From an uncultured Bacteroidales bacterium (lineage in GTDB: Bacteria > Bacteroidota > Bacteroidia > Bacteroidales > B18-G4), in contig CAVWDP010000003.1 in the NCBI GenBank assembly GCA_963753835.1, positions 89,589 through 153,588 of the forward strand: DNA of 64,000 nucleotides, written 5' to 3'. The position numbers and the translations under genes were made by a program. The notes beneath the pieces were generated by a model that was not told where the DNA came from, ran no database searches, and was given only the letters and a program-made list of their open reading frames with translations. Below are positions 29,930 to 39,448 of the stretch, one piece after another. The first letter of the stretch is position 1. Each line of letters starts with the position of its first letter.

Positions 29930-31552
29930 ATGAGGAAGTTTTCTGTTATTGCGTTTGTTCTGTTTTTACCCCTTCTTTTACTTGCGGTAATACAGCTCAA
30001 CGATTCATTAAATGATCCCGGGGTGACGGTGGTTAACTACGTTAAAATGGCCGACAGGAACATGACCCCCTCGGTGGATCATACAAAGTTTGATATACTT
30101 AATGAGCCATTTGCAGATGCGCATGCTGTAACGGCAGCCTGCCTGAGCTGTCACACAAACAGGCATGAGGAAATCCTGCAAACATCTCACTGGAAATGGC
30201 AACGCAATGAGGTTTTGGATGGCCGCGAAGAAATGCCGCTTGGGAAAAAGAACATCCTGAACAATTTCTGTATAGGGGTGTCGGCAAGTGAGGCGACCTG
30301 TACCCGTTGTCATATTGGCTACGGCTGGGCCGACAAAGACTTTGACTTTGAAGAGCCCACCAATATTGATTGCCTGGTGTGTCATGACAAGACAGGCTCA
30401 TATAAAAAAGAAAAAGGCGGTGCTGGCTATCCTGATCCCAGTGTAAACCTCAACTATGTCTCAACTCATGTTGGTAGTCCCGGACGAGACAATTGCGGTG
30501 TTTGTCACTTCTGGGGTGGAGGTGGAAACAATGTTAAGCACGGTGACCTGGAAAAGTCTTTGCTGGATTGTTCCAGGGAGGTTGATGTGCACATGACCAC
30601 CGAAGGGGAAAACATGAGCTGTGTCGACTGTCATGTTACTGAAAAGCACCAGATGGCCGGCAAACTGTATGCCCTTTCTTCAGAAAATAAGAGCAGGGCC
30701 ACCTGCGAACAATGCCATTCAGACAAGCCTCACCAGGACAAGATCCTTGATGATCATAATCTGCGTGTAGCATGTCAAACCTGCCATATCCCGGTTTATG
30801 CCAAGGTGAACGACACGAAAATGTACTGGGATTGGTCGTCGGCCGGTGAGCTTGATGAAAACGGCCATGCTTTCCATACTCCTGATGTGGATGGAAACCA
30901 CAAATACATGTCGATCAAGGGCACTTTTGTCTGGGCAAACAATGTTGTTCCGGAGTACTACTGGTTTAATGGTATTGCCGATCACCAGCTGATTACAGAT
31001 AAGATTGACACTATCCCGGTGCAAATGAATACCCTGGACGGATCCTATCGAGATAAAGGCAAGTACCAAAAATCTGTTCAGCCAGCAAAGATCTGGCCAG
31101 TGAAAGTGCATCGTGGAAAACAAATCTACGACCCGGTAAATATGACATTGATCCAGCCAAAACTCTGGGATAAGGAGACAGGAAAAGGAGCGATGTGGAC
31201 TGATTTTGACTGGGGCGCTTCATCCGAAGCTGGGATGGCCTACCTCGGACTTCCCTATAGCGGGGAATACGGTTTTGTTGAAACGGAAATGTACTGGCCG
31301 CTGAGCCATATGGTTTCCCCGGCAGAGAAGTCGTTGAAATGCATCGATTGCCATTCTCGCAATAACAGCAGACTTGCCTCGCTAACAGACTTTTACCTGC
31401 CTGGCAGGGATAAAAACATGAAGATAGAAGCTTCCGGTATTACCCTGATCTTCCTTGCCGTTAATTGGTGTGATCGTGCATGCAATATGCAGGATCATTT
31501 ACCGGAAACGCTGTCCGTTAAACCAAAACCTATCGGGAGGAGAATAAGATGA
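29930..31552 (+). CDS. octaheme c-type cytochrome, tetrathionate-reductase (Otr) family
   Basis: 540 aa, signal anchor, exactly eight CxxCH motifs (CLSCH, CTRCH, CLVCH, CGVCH, CVDCH, CEQCH, CQTCH, CIDCH). The last ~30 codons probably belong to another frame (see findings). Confidence 0.85.
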   Translation: MRKFSVIAFVLFLPLLLLAVIQLNDSLNDPGVTVVNYVKMADRNMTPSVDHTKFDILNEPFADAHAVTAACLSCHTNRHEEILQTSHWKWQRNEVLDGREEMPLGKKNILNNFCIGVSASEATCTRCHIGYGWADKDFDFEEPTNIDCLVCHDKTGSYKKEKGGAGYPDPSVNLNYVSTHVGSPGRDNCGVCHFWGGGGNNVKHGDLEKSLLDCSREVDVHMTTEGENMSCVDCHVTEKHQMAGKLYALSSENKSRATCEQCHSDKPHQDKILDDHNLRVACQTCHIPVYAKVNDTKMYWDWSSAGELDENGHAFHTPDVDGNHKYMSIKGTFVWANNVVPEYYWFNGIADHQLITDKIDTIPVQMNTLDGSYRDKGKYQKSVQPAKIWPVKVHRGKQIYDPVNMTLIQPKLWDKETGKGAMWTDFDWGASSEAGMAYLGLPYSGEYGFVETEMYWPLSHMVSPAEKSLKCIDCHSRNNSRLASLTDFYLPGRDKNMKIEASGITLIFLAVNWCDRACNMQDHLPETLSVKPKPIGRRIR

Positions 31553-32229
31553 AAAAAGTATATTTATATAAAGGATTTGAACGCTTCTGGCACTGGACCC
31601 AAACCTTCCTGATCTTTTTCCTTTTACTAACAGGTTTCGAGATTCATGGAACTTATCAACTGCTTGGTTATGAAAATGCGGTTAGATGGCACGATAATGC
31701 CGGATGGGCGTTTCTGGTACTGATTGTGTTTACCATCTTCTGGCATATTACTACCGGGGAATGGAAACAGTATATTCCTACAAAGAAAAATATGAGTGCG
31801 CAGCTGAATTATTACCTGATTGGCATATTCAACAATGCTCCTCATCCCACCGGGAAACGTTTATTAAGTAAACTGAATCCCTTGCAACGGCTGGTTTATT
31901 TCGCCTTAACCTTCCTGGTAATCCCGGTGATGTTACTGTCGGGATTTCTATACCTGTATTTTAATTATCCGCTTCAGGGTATTGAACTCGACAGCCTGAT
32001 GCCGATAGCTTATATACATACGATAGGAGCCTATATCCTGATCACTTTTATTGTGATCCATCTTTACCTGATCACAACAGGCCGTACAATATTCTCAAAC
32101 CTGAAGGCAATGGTTACAGGCTGGGAAGAAATGGATGAACATGAAGCTGAAATTGCGGTGAAAGATGTTATTGATAGTGCAAATCAGTATGTTAAGCCAT
32201 CAAACGGCAATAAAAAGAAGAAGAAATAA
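31549..32229 (+). CDS. membrane cytochrome b (PF01292-type, quinol-interacting subunit)
   Basis: 226 aa; 4 TM helices with conserved His (ERFWHWTQ.., ..IFWHITTG.., ..AYIHTIGA.., ..VIHLYLI). Start overlaps the upstream stop; GGAGGAG RBS-like sequence upstream. Confidence 0.8.
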   Translation: MKKVYLYKGFERFWHWTQTFLIFFLLLTGFEIHGTYQLLGYENAVRWHDNAGWAFLVLIVFTIFWHITTGEWKQYIPTKKNMSAQLNYYLIGIFNNAPHPTGKRLLSKLNPLQRLVYFALTFLVIPVMLLSGFLYLYFNYPLQGIELDSLMPIAYIHTIGAYILITFIVIHLYLITTGRTIFSNLKAMVTGWEEMDEHEAEIAVKDVIDSANQYVKPSNGNKKKKK

Positions 32230-32265
32230 TATTCAATATACAGTATACAAAGGAGATTATTAAAA

Positions 32266-32307
32266 GCTCAAAACTCAAAACTCAAAATTCAACACTTAAC
32301 ACTAAAG
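32266..32307. repeat. heptamer array (CTCAAAA x3, then TTCAACA/CTTAACA)
   Basis: Inverted member of the GTTTTGA/GTGTTGA family seen at 39323 and 41632. Ends 3 nt before the rhodanese ATG. Confidence 0.85.
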
Positions 32308-32309
32308 CC

Positions 32310-32840
32310 ATGTATAAAAGAACGATATATCTATCAATGCTTGCCCTGGTGGCAGCCATGTTTTTTTCTTCCTGTTCCTGCCCCTGTAAAGAAAAGGTTT
32401 CCGGGCCGGATGAGATCGTGGCCCAGGCCATGGAAGGTCTTGAAGTAATTAATTCAGGAGAGCTGAAAACCATGATGGACAGCCTGGATGTTTTCTACCT
32501 GATCGATGTGAGGGAAATGAACGAATATGCTTACGGTTATATTCCCGGAGCAATCAATATTCCCGGCGGATCATTGATCTTTAAAATGGGTAACGAAGAA
32601 TTCTGGGATAATGAAATGATCTATCCTCCTGAAAAATCAGATAAGATCATAGTCTATTGTAAAAAGGGAAAAAGATCAGTTATCGCTGCTGATTACCTTG
32701 AAAGACTGGGCTATGATAATGTTAAGTTCCTTGACGGGGGATGGAAGGCATGGGAAATGGCTTACCCGCTTGAGTATGAAGAGAACCTGGATGCCCTGGG
32801 CGGAGGTCATGATGAGCATGCGGATGAAGGAGGGTGCTGA
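32310..32840 (+). CDS. rhodanese-domain sulfurtransferase lipoprotein
   Basis: 176 aa; lipobox-like FFSSCSC; rhodanese blocks YIPGAINIP and active-site loop VYCKKGKRS; ..FLDGGWKAW. Confidence 0.85.
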   Translation: MYKRTIYLSMLALVAAMFFSSCSCPCKEKVSGPDEIVAQAMEGLEVINSGELKTMMDSLDVFYLIDVREMNEYAYGYIPGAINIPGGSLIFKMGNEEFWDNEMIYPPEKSDKIIVYCKKGKRSVIAADYLERLGYDNVKFLDGGWKAWEMAYPLEYEENLDALGGGHDEHADEGGC

Positions 32841-32983
32841 TGATATTTGATATCTGATATCTGATATTTGATGTTTGAAGTATATGAGGGATATTCAATA
32901 TTCGATACTCGATACTCGTTACTCGATACTCGATATTCGAAGGAGAGAGAAGAGAGAAGATGTACGATAGAAGATAGAAGAAG
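32841..32983. repeat. three consecutive tandem arrays (TGATATY x5; TCGATAC x7; AGAGAGA/GATAGAA-type)
   Basis: Begins at the base after the rhodanese stop. Arrays 1 and 2 are partly complementary. Track ORFs 32722..33018 and 32807..33133 are translations of these repeats. Confidence 0.9.
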
Positions 32984-33047
32984 TTTAAAGAAAAAGGCCA
33001 GAGGCAGTGCCTGATCACGAAAACTCCTTAGTTTATTTGTTTTGGCG

Positions 33048-33070
33048 AAGGCCCCCTCGGGGGCCTTTTC
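33048..33070 (+). terminator. intrinsic terminator of the cytochrome/rhodanese operon
   Basis: aaggcccc-ctcg-ggggcctt followed by TTTTC. It lies downstream of the arrays, so the arrays would be transcribed as 3' UTR. Confidence 0.8.
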
Positions 33071-33184
33071 CATTCTACAGAATTCAGATACCAGAAAAGC
33101 GATACCAGAATTCTGAAATATATCCTTCTTCATTTCTTAATTCACTTCTGACTTCGTTCCTCTGAGTTCTGGTATCAAACCTCT

Positions 33185-33895
33185 TTAGGTCATCGGAACC
33201 TCAAGGAATAAAATAAAAGAGCTTTCCAGGGCACTTAATTTAATGGTGTCAGTTTCCCAGACTCCCAATGCATCCCGCTGCAGAAGAAATTTGTCACCGA
33301 TCTTTACTTTTCCTTCGATTATAAAAACGTATACCCCATTTCCAGGATAATGAATTTCATATTCCAGCTCCTTACCTTTCATTGGTTTGCTAAGTGAAAG
33401 CACAGCTTTTTGATAAATGAAAAGCGAGCTGTCATTCATTTCATTGTTCACAATCCGGTAAATGCTGTCAGTAAAGAGTTTCTCATCAAAGTGCCTCTGA
33501 TCATAGCGTGGTTCAACATCTTTTTCTTCAGGGAAAATCCAGATCTGCAAAAGGCTTATATCGTTTTCCTGTGAAGGATTGAATTCTGAATGCATAATTC
33601 CCGTTCCGGCCGACATCACCTGGACCTCTCCGGCAGAAATAACGGATCCATTGCCCATGCTGTCTTTATGCTCAAGGCTGCCGCGAAGCGGAATGGTGAT
33701 AATCTCCATGTTGTTGTGCGGATGCGTGCCAAAACCCTTACCAGGAGCTATGATATCATCGTTCAATACTCGCAGTCTCCCAAAATGGATACGGTCGTGA
33801 TCGTAATAATCTGCAAAGCTGAAAGAGTGCCGGGCCTGCAGCCAGCCGTGATCAGCAAAACCCCTTGAATCTGCACTGTGATATGTTGTCTTCAT
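33185..33895 (-). CDS. pirin family protein
   Basis: Trimmed to MKTTYHSADSRGFADHGWL..; cupin metal site FGTHPHNNMEIITIPL..H. Confidence 0.9.
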   Translation of the reverse strand: MKTTYHSADSRGFADHGWLQARHSFSFADYYDHDRIHFGRLRVLNDDIIAPGKGFGTHPHNNMEIITIPLRGSLEHKDSMGNGSVISAGEVQVMSAGTGIMHSEFNPSQENDISLLQIWIFPEEKDVEPRYDQRHFDEKLFTDSIYRIVNNEMNDSSLFIYQKAVLSLSKPMKGKELEYEIHYPGNGVYVFIIEGKVKIGDKFLLQRDALGVWETDTIKLSALESSFILFLEVPMT

Positions 33896-33943
33896 AATTT
33901 CTTCTTTAGACAGATATAACAAGACTGGATAGGAAATTGTTTT

Positions 33944-34007
33944 GAAATCAGAAATCAGAAATCAGAACTTTGAACTTTGAACTTTGAACTTTGAACTTTG
34001 AATTTTT
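33944..34007. repeat. two abutting heptamer arrays (CAGAAAT x3, CTTTGAA x6)
   Basis: gaaatcagaaatcagaaatcagaactttgaactttgaactttgaactttgaactttgaattttt. Confidence 0.9.
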
Positions 34008-34029
34008 CATAGTTCAGGCTTCAATGTAC

Positions 34030-37000
34030 CTAGAAATCGACACGCAAGGTTTGAAAATCATGTGGTTTCAGATGCAGCGGTCCCTTGAGCACAACGGGAT
34101 CATCTCCTGAAAGGCCACAAATGGAAACTTCTTTAGGATTGAATAAATTCCAGGTGAAAGAAACATTTTCCGGATTTTCACCGGGATTATACAACCTGAT
34201 AAGGAAATGTTGTTTATCATCTCCGGGAATCAAGGCGGTAACGATTACCCGGTCATTATCCATAGTAATAAGGCTTTCTGGAAGGCTTTTCTTTCCGGAA
34301 GATGGAACAACGATCAATGCTTGTGCCCGCTCGAGGCCACGCTTTTCGTTGGCCAAGGCATTGAAACCCTCGTGAAGGTAAAGGGAATATCGAAAATCGG
34401 CCTTGCCGGGCTGTGCTGCCAGGTAATTGGTTTCCCAGTAATTGTTCATTACATAGGAAAAGATCGTTTGGGTGTTTTCCTGTTTTTCCTTCCAGCCGTA
34501 AATTGTGGCATCTGTTGATATTTCACCAAGTTCCACCAGGGGTGCATCGAGCGACACAAAACAAACACCATGGTTTTCTGTAGAAACATCTACCCATCTA
34601 CCCATGGTATAATAGTTCTGATTGGAGCCGGGCAACTGTTCTGTTTCAGGCTGATAGTAGTCCCAGGCCTGGTTAATATGAACATCCCCCCCGGGGATTC
34701 CAAAGGGAAACCCAAAATGTACGCCTTCGGGCTCAAGCACTGCTTTTTTGTATATGGTGTTATGTATGTCGATTCGATCGAGGCCATTATAAATAGTGAT
34801 TTCCCTTAATAATAGCTCAGCTCCTGGCGCATCGGATTCAATGCGGATCTTGTTCACAAGCTCTCCTTTGTCGGGATAGCTTATTTGTGAATTTCTGGCC
34901 ATACGTTTATTGACCGGGTCTCTTCCTTCAACATAAATGTAGCTGTTCAGCCCGAAGCCTTTTGAAATATCAGAAATACTTCCCGTGAACAAAGGATGCC
35001 TGAAAGAGGTGATATCACCGCTTTCATGATCGATTGAAATATTAACATCTGCCTGATGCTGCCAGGATTCAGGATCTCTCAGGGCATGCTTGTCTGACTT
35101 TAAGAATATCCTGCGTGCAGAAAATGGAGGAACATCCTTTACTAATATGGCAAGGCTTCCATCAGAAAGGTGTTGTGATTTCAGTCGATTGTTATTGAGA
35201 TCAGTAACATATGCATTACCAAAACCATCCGGCACCTCCAGCATGATCACATCAGTCACTGTCCAGGAATGGGTATTCCAGACATCAAAGGCATGTAGGT
35301 TCTTTTTAGGTTTTGGACCCAATGCTGCGATGGCCTGTTGCATGATCGCCTTTGTAATACTGTCGGCTTTCAGGGCAAAGGATCTTTTTGTTTTCCATTG
35401 CCTCAGGGTAAAAGGGTCGTGGGGGGCACTGATGCTGTTCCACGATCCCCAGGTGTGCTCATCGTATAGCAGGATGTATTTCCAGGCCTCTTCGATCTGC
35501 TCGAGCGGATAGTGCTTATTGCCGGAGATCACCCATAGTGACTGAGCCTGCTCCAGTCGCTCAGCAGCCTCGCTTACCATGGCTGTTTCGGAGGCAGATG
35601 AAATGGATCCATCTTCCCAGTATGGTGTGAGGTCACCTGCGTATGAAGGGAGTTCGTTTCCGAATTTTTCTTCGAATATTTCGAATGCTTCTGCTGTGGT
35701 GGCAATGTACAGCTTTGGGGTAATGTATGTTTCATTCCATCTTTTCACGATATCCGGCAAGGCTTTATGAGGTGGCCCGTTGTCAGACCCGATATTATAT
35801 CTTATGATAGAAATATCATAGGGATACCATTCCTTCTGAAGCTGATCAAGGTATTCGAAAATTGGCTCTTCGGTCAGCAGGTTTTTCGGCTCGCCACTGC
35901 CAAGCCCGGTATGGAACCAGGAATATCCCCTGGCGGGAAACCAGGTCAAAACACTATCAGCGCCGCTTTTTGATACCCAGTAGAAAGGTTTATCGCCCCA
36001 GGTATCCTTTATATCGCCAATGCGGTGAAAGACATTGGTTCCGGGAGAAAAATAGCGGATCCCGCTTTTGGCCATTACAGGCACAAGGCTCCAGGTATAT
36101 CCCGGGATATCGGTGATCATGGCCGAACGAAGAGCTACTCCACATTCATTGGCCACTGCTGCACTTCGCTGGATCAGCCGGATCAGTTCTTCCGGACTGC
36201 AAAGGCCAGTCAGCTCATTGGCCCACAGGCCATCAAGTCCGATACCGCCCTGCTGCACTACCCGAATGAAATTTTCTTTTTCTTTCTGGCTGCAGCTTTC
36301 CAGGTAAGACTCAACAGCCCAGCATACCTCCACATTCCATTTAAAACGACTTCCCTCCGGGTAATTTTCTGTTTTATCGAAGAGCTCGACGGCTTCATTG
36401 AAAAATTCATGATGCATTTTTTCCACTTCGCTCTGGTGGTGTGTGTACCCGATATCAGAATGGCTGTGATGCAGGAGGTAGAGGGAGATAGGGGGCACAG
36501 GAGAGAGGGTGACTGGGAGAAACGGATGGACAAGTCCATCAATGCTAACCGAAATATCATTGATAAGGTCGCCGGCCTTCCCCGAAACAGGAAAATAAGT
36601 ATAGTTTACACCCATCCTGATGGGAAGCTCTTTTGTCTTTCCGCTGGCTGTAATCCGGGCAATTGTTTTCTCTCCGAAATGGTGGATATCGAATCTCAGC
36701 ACAAAGCTTTCACCTTCCGGGGTATTCATGACAGCCGGCATTTGCTTGACAAGGAGATTTGAATTCATGGAGTATCTGTGGGTCATATACCAGCAAGGAT
36801 CATTTGAGGAAGTAGCAGTGATCCTGATCTGAGGCCGTTGTCCTTCCTTAAGCAGCTTAGCCGGGACATTCAGAAAAGCATAACCCATCAAATCACCATA
36901 TTTATCAACAAGGCTGGCATTGAATGTTAATGAGGTTCCATAAAGCCCGTCAACAGTCCATTCTTTGAGCAGTGTATCCCGGGGGTTGCTGAAGGTGAGG

Positions 37001-37308
37001 ATGTATTGATCGTTCAGATAAAGCCTGTAGGGGTATGAATTAATATTTACATCGATACCGAAAATCCAAACAAAGGTGTATGATTCAGCATCTGTGTTGG
37101 CCGGTACCTCATCCATCAACCAGGCAATATGATTTGTCGAATCCTGGTTCCTGATAAGCAGGGAAGTGCTTACCTCAGGGTGGGGGGAATGATAGGTAAG
37201 GACCTCACCTGTGACATCTTCGGTATAGCCCTTTAGCCAATTTGCTTGTTGGGCGGTGATGGAAAGGGATATGATAAATACTGTCGTAAACAGAAACAGA
37301 GATTTCAT
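34030..37308 (-). CDS. glycoside hydrolase family 38 (alpha-mannosidase-like), secreted
   Basis: Trimmed to MKSLFLFTTVFIISLSITAQQ (signal peptide). GH38-type metal/catalytic N-domain (LYLLHHSHSDIGYTH) and a long beta-rich C-terminus. Confidence 0.7.
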   Translation of the reverse strand: MKSLFLFTTVFIISLSITAQQANWLKGYTEDVTGEVLTYHSPHPEVSTSLLIRNQDSTNHIAWLMDEVPANTDAESYTFVWIFGIDVNINSYPYRLYLNDQYILTFSNPRDTLLKEWTVDGLYGTSLTFNASLVDKYGDLMGYAFLNVPAKLLKEGQRPQIRITATSSNDPCWYMTHRYSMNSNLLVKQMPAVMNTPEGESFVLRFDIHHFGEKTIARITASGKTKELPIRMGVNYTYFPVSGKAGDLINDISVSIDGLVHPFLPVTLSPVPPISLYLLHHSHSDIGYTHHQSEVEKMHHEFFNEAVELFDKTENYPEGSRFKWNVEVCWAVESYLESCSQKEKENFIRVVQQGGIGLDGLWANELTGLCSPEELIRLIQRSAAVANECGVALRSAMITDIPGYTWSLVPVMAKSGIRYFSPGTNVFHRIGDIKDTWGDKPFYWVSKSGADSVLTWFPARGYSWFHTGLGSGEPKNLLTEEPIFEYLDQLQKEWYPYDISIIRYNIGSDNGPPHKALPDIVKRWNETYITPKLYIATTAEAFEIFEEKFGNELPSYAGDLTPYWEDGSISSASETAMVSEAAERLEQAQSLWVISGNKHYPLEQIEEAWKYILLYDEHTWGSWNSISAPHDPFTLRQWKTKRSFALKADSITKAIMQQAIAALGPKPKKNLHAFDVWNTHSWTVTDVIMLEVPDGFGNAYVTDLNNNRLKSQHLSDGSLAILVKDVPPFSARRIFLKSDKHALRDPESWQHQADVNISIDHESGDITSFRHPLFTGSISDISKGFGLNSYIYVEGRDPVNKRMARNSQISYPDKGELVNKIRIESDAPGAELLLREITIYNGLDRIDIHNTIYKKAVLEPEGVHFGFPFGIPGGDVHINQAWDYYQPETEQLPGSNQNYYTMGRWVDVSTENHGVCFVSLDAPLVELGEISTDATIYGWKEKQENTQTIFSYVMNNYWETNYLAAQPGKADFRYSLYLHEGFNALANEKRGLERAQALIVVPSSGKKSLPESLITMDNDRVIVTALIPGDDKQHFLIRLYNPGENPENVSFTWNLFNPKEVSICGLSGDDPVVLKGPLHLKPHDFQTLRVDF

Positions 37309-37329
37309 TTGGTAAAGATACCGCAAATT

Positions 37330-37363
37330 GGAAATTCTAAATTCTAAGCCCTAAATTCTAAAC
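37330..37363. repeat. heptamer array (AAATTCT-type)
   Basis: ggaaattctaaattctaagccctaaattctaaac. Confidence 0.8.
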
Positions 37364-37413
37364 AAAATAAAAATTCCATGCTCCAAAATTCAAACAAAAG
37401 AATATTTACGAGG

Positions 37414-37452
37414 TTTCAAATATCAAATATCAAATATCAGATATCAGATATC
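37414..37452. repeat. heptamer array (CAAATAT x3, CAGATAT x2)
   Basis: Inverted member of the TGATATY family at 32841. Ends 2 nt from the stop at 37455. Confidence 0.9.
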
Positions 37453-37454
37453 TC

Positions 37455-39245
37455 TCAGTTTTTATCTCCCACCGAGTATATCTCACCAAGGATATGATCA
37501 TACTTGGCATAAATTTCTTTGCGCCTTAGTTTGAGTGTTGGGGAGAGCTCTCCCGTCTCTGGTGACCAGCTGTCGCACACCAGGCGGAAACGTTTGATCT
37601 GTTCCACCTGTCCCAGGCGCTTATTCACCTTGCTAATTTCTTTATGCATGCGGGCGATGATCTCTTTCTTTTGTACAAGGTCTTTGTTATCCTTGAAATG
37701 GACTTTGTGCTTGGTGGCCCAGAAGTGTAGGTAATCAAGATTTGGAGAGATGAGGGCAGAGGCGAACTTTTCATTTTCCCCAACAACCATGGCCTGCTCA
37801 ATGAGCGTTGACTCCTTCATGATGTTTTCGATCACCTGCGGTGCAATGTATTTACCGGCAGAGTTCTTGAAGATCTCTTTCTTCCTGTCGGTGATGGTAA
37901 GGAATAGTTCATCTTCAAGTATTCCAATATCGCCTGTATGCAGCCAGCCGTCATCACTGATAGTTTCCCGGGTTTGTTGTTCGTCCTTATAATATCCCAT
38001 CATTACACTTGGTCCTTTACAAAGGATTTCGCCGTCTTCAGCAATCTTCACTTCAAGGTTTTCCATGATAGGACCAACGCTTCCGAAGCGAACCCTGTCA
38101 AATGAGCGGGGATCGTTCACAGCGATCACGGGAGAGGTTTCGGTTAGTCCGTACCCTTCATAAACCGGCAGGCCTGCAGCCCAGAAGATCCTGATCAGTC
38201 TTTCCTGCAGGGCTGATCCACCGGAGACGATAATTTTGATGTTTCCGCCCAGGCCGGCACGCCAGTGCTTGAAGATGAGCTTATCTGCGAGTCGCTGTTT
38301 CCGCTCATACCACCAGCTGTTCTTGCCAGGATTTTTGTATTGGTGAGCAACCTTCACTGCCCAGAAATAGATGATCTTTTTAACTCCTGTAAGGTCTTTA
38401 CCTTTCTTAATAAAGTTATCATATACCTTTTCAAGTAATCGTGGAACAGTATTGAAGATCTGAGGCTTGATCTCGCGCACGAAATCACCGATTTTAGCCA
38501 GGTTTTCCACATAATAAATACCCAGGCCATTGATCTGGTAGATATACTGAACCATGCGTTCATAAACATGGCATAATGGAAGGAAACTGATGGCTCGTTC
38601 AGGATGTAAAATGGGTAGTCGGGGCTTTGATATAAGTGTATTACTCAATAGGTTATGATGTGACAACATCACCCCCTTGGGGTTGCCTGTGGTTCCGGAA
38701 GTATAAATGATCGTTAAGAGGTCTTCAGGTATGGTGGTCTTTTTGATGTCGTCAAGGGCAGGTTTTAGCTTATCTGCGGCACTTTTCCCCAGCTGCACCA
38801 GGCTCAGCCAATGTTTTTCGCCGTCTATTTCATTATAGGTATAAACAGCTTTCAGCGAAGGTACCTTTTCGAGCACAGGTTGAATTTTTTTCATGAGCAT
38901 CTGGTCAGATACGCACAGCACTTTTGCTTCGCAATGGTTCAGGATGTATTCCTGTTCAGCGGAGCTGATGGTCGGGTAGATAGGTACGTGCACCAGCCCT
39001 GCCTGGGCGATGCCCATATCCATCATGTTCCACTCGGGACGGTTTTGTGAGATGGTGGCTACACGATCGCCTTTTTCAAGTCCAAGCTCAAGCAGTCCAT
39101 AGCTCACATTGGTACTGAGATCGATATAATCCTCTGCGGAGTATTTGATCCACTTACCATCAACATTTTTGGCAAAGGCATCTTCTTTACCTGCGTATTT
39201 AGTACGGTAGAGTTCCAGGATGTCAAATAGTCGGGTTATTTCCAT
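37455..39245 (-). CDS. long-chain fatty acid--CoA ligase (AMP-dependent synthetase)
   Basis: 596 aa; AMP-binding motif IIYTSGTTGNPKGV; ..GYGLTETSP..; ..GWLHTGDIG... Confidence 0.9.
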   Translation of the reverse strand: MEITRLFDILELYRTKYAGKEDAFAKNVDGKWIKYSAEDYIDLSTNVSYGLLELGLEKGDRVATISQNRPEWNMMDMGIAQAGLVHVPIYPTISSAEQEYILNHCEAKVLCVSDQMLMKKIQPVLEKVPSLKAVYTYNEIDGEKHWLSLVQLGKSAADKLKPALDDIKKTTIPEDLLTIIYTSGTTGNPKGVMLSHHNLLSNTLISKPRLPILHPERAISFLPLCHVYERMVQYIYQINGLGIYYVENLAKIGDFVREIKPQIFNTVPRLLEKVYDNFIKKGKDLTGVKKIIYFWAVKVAHQYKNPGKNSWWYERKQRLADKLIFKHWRAGLGGNIKIIVSGGSALQERLIRIFWAAGLPVYEGYGLTETSPVIAVNDPRSFDRVRFGSVGPIMENLEVKIAEDGEILCKGPSVMMGYYKDEQQTRETISDDGWLHTGDIGILEDELFLTITDRKKEIFKNSAGKYIAPQVIENIMKESTLIEQAMVVGENEKFASALISPNLDYLHFWATKHKVHFKDNKDLVQKKEIIARMHKEISKVNKRLGQVEQIKRFRLVCDSWSPETGELSPTLKLRRKEIYAKYDHILGEIYSVGDKN

Positions 39246-39307
39246 CTTGATAAGTTTGGGTAAATCATAGGCCCCTTATTTCTGGTTCAGGAAGAGGCTG
39301 AGCAGAA

Positions 39308-39315
39308 CAAATATA
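39308..39315 (-). promoter_or_regulatory. candidate -7 box TATATTTG (minus strand)
   Basis: Plus-strand CAAATATA lies 63 nt upstream of the start at 39245. Confidence 0.3.
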
Positions 39316-39322
39316 GCAAATT

Positions 39323-39357
39323 AAGTTTTGAGTGTTGAGTTTTAAGTTTTGAGTTGG
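39323..39357. repeat. heptamer array (GTTTTGA/GTGTTGA-type)
   Basis: aagttttgagtgttgagttttaagttttgagttgg. Three spaced CACAAAG motifs follow (39363-39405). Confidence 0.85.
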
Positions 39358-39448
39358 TTTTTACCACAAAGGTCGCGAAGGGCTTCACAAAGGAACCACA
39401 AAGACACGCTAAGGAATTCCCACCAAGAACCAAGCTACGCGCATATGT

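Noticed and set aside
32722-33133. Two overlapping minus-strand ORFs (98 and 108 aa).
   Set aside because: They are translations of the three tandem arrays and the terminator region, with repetitive IEYR/SNI peptides.
36025-36762. 245-aa plus-strand ORF, together with other long plus ORFs between 34.0 and 37.3 kb.
   Set aside because: They are antisense to the intact 1092-aa GH38 gene and have no recognisable motifs.
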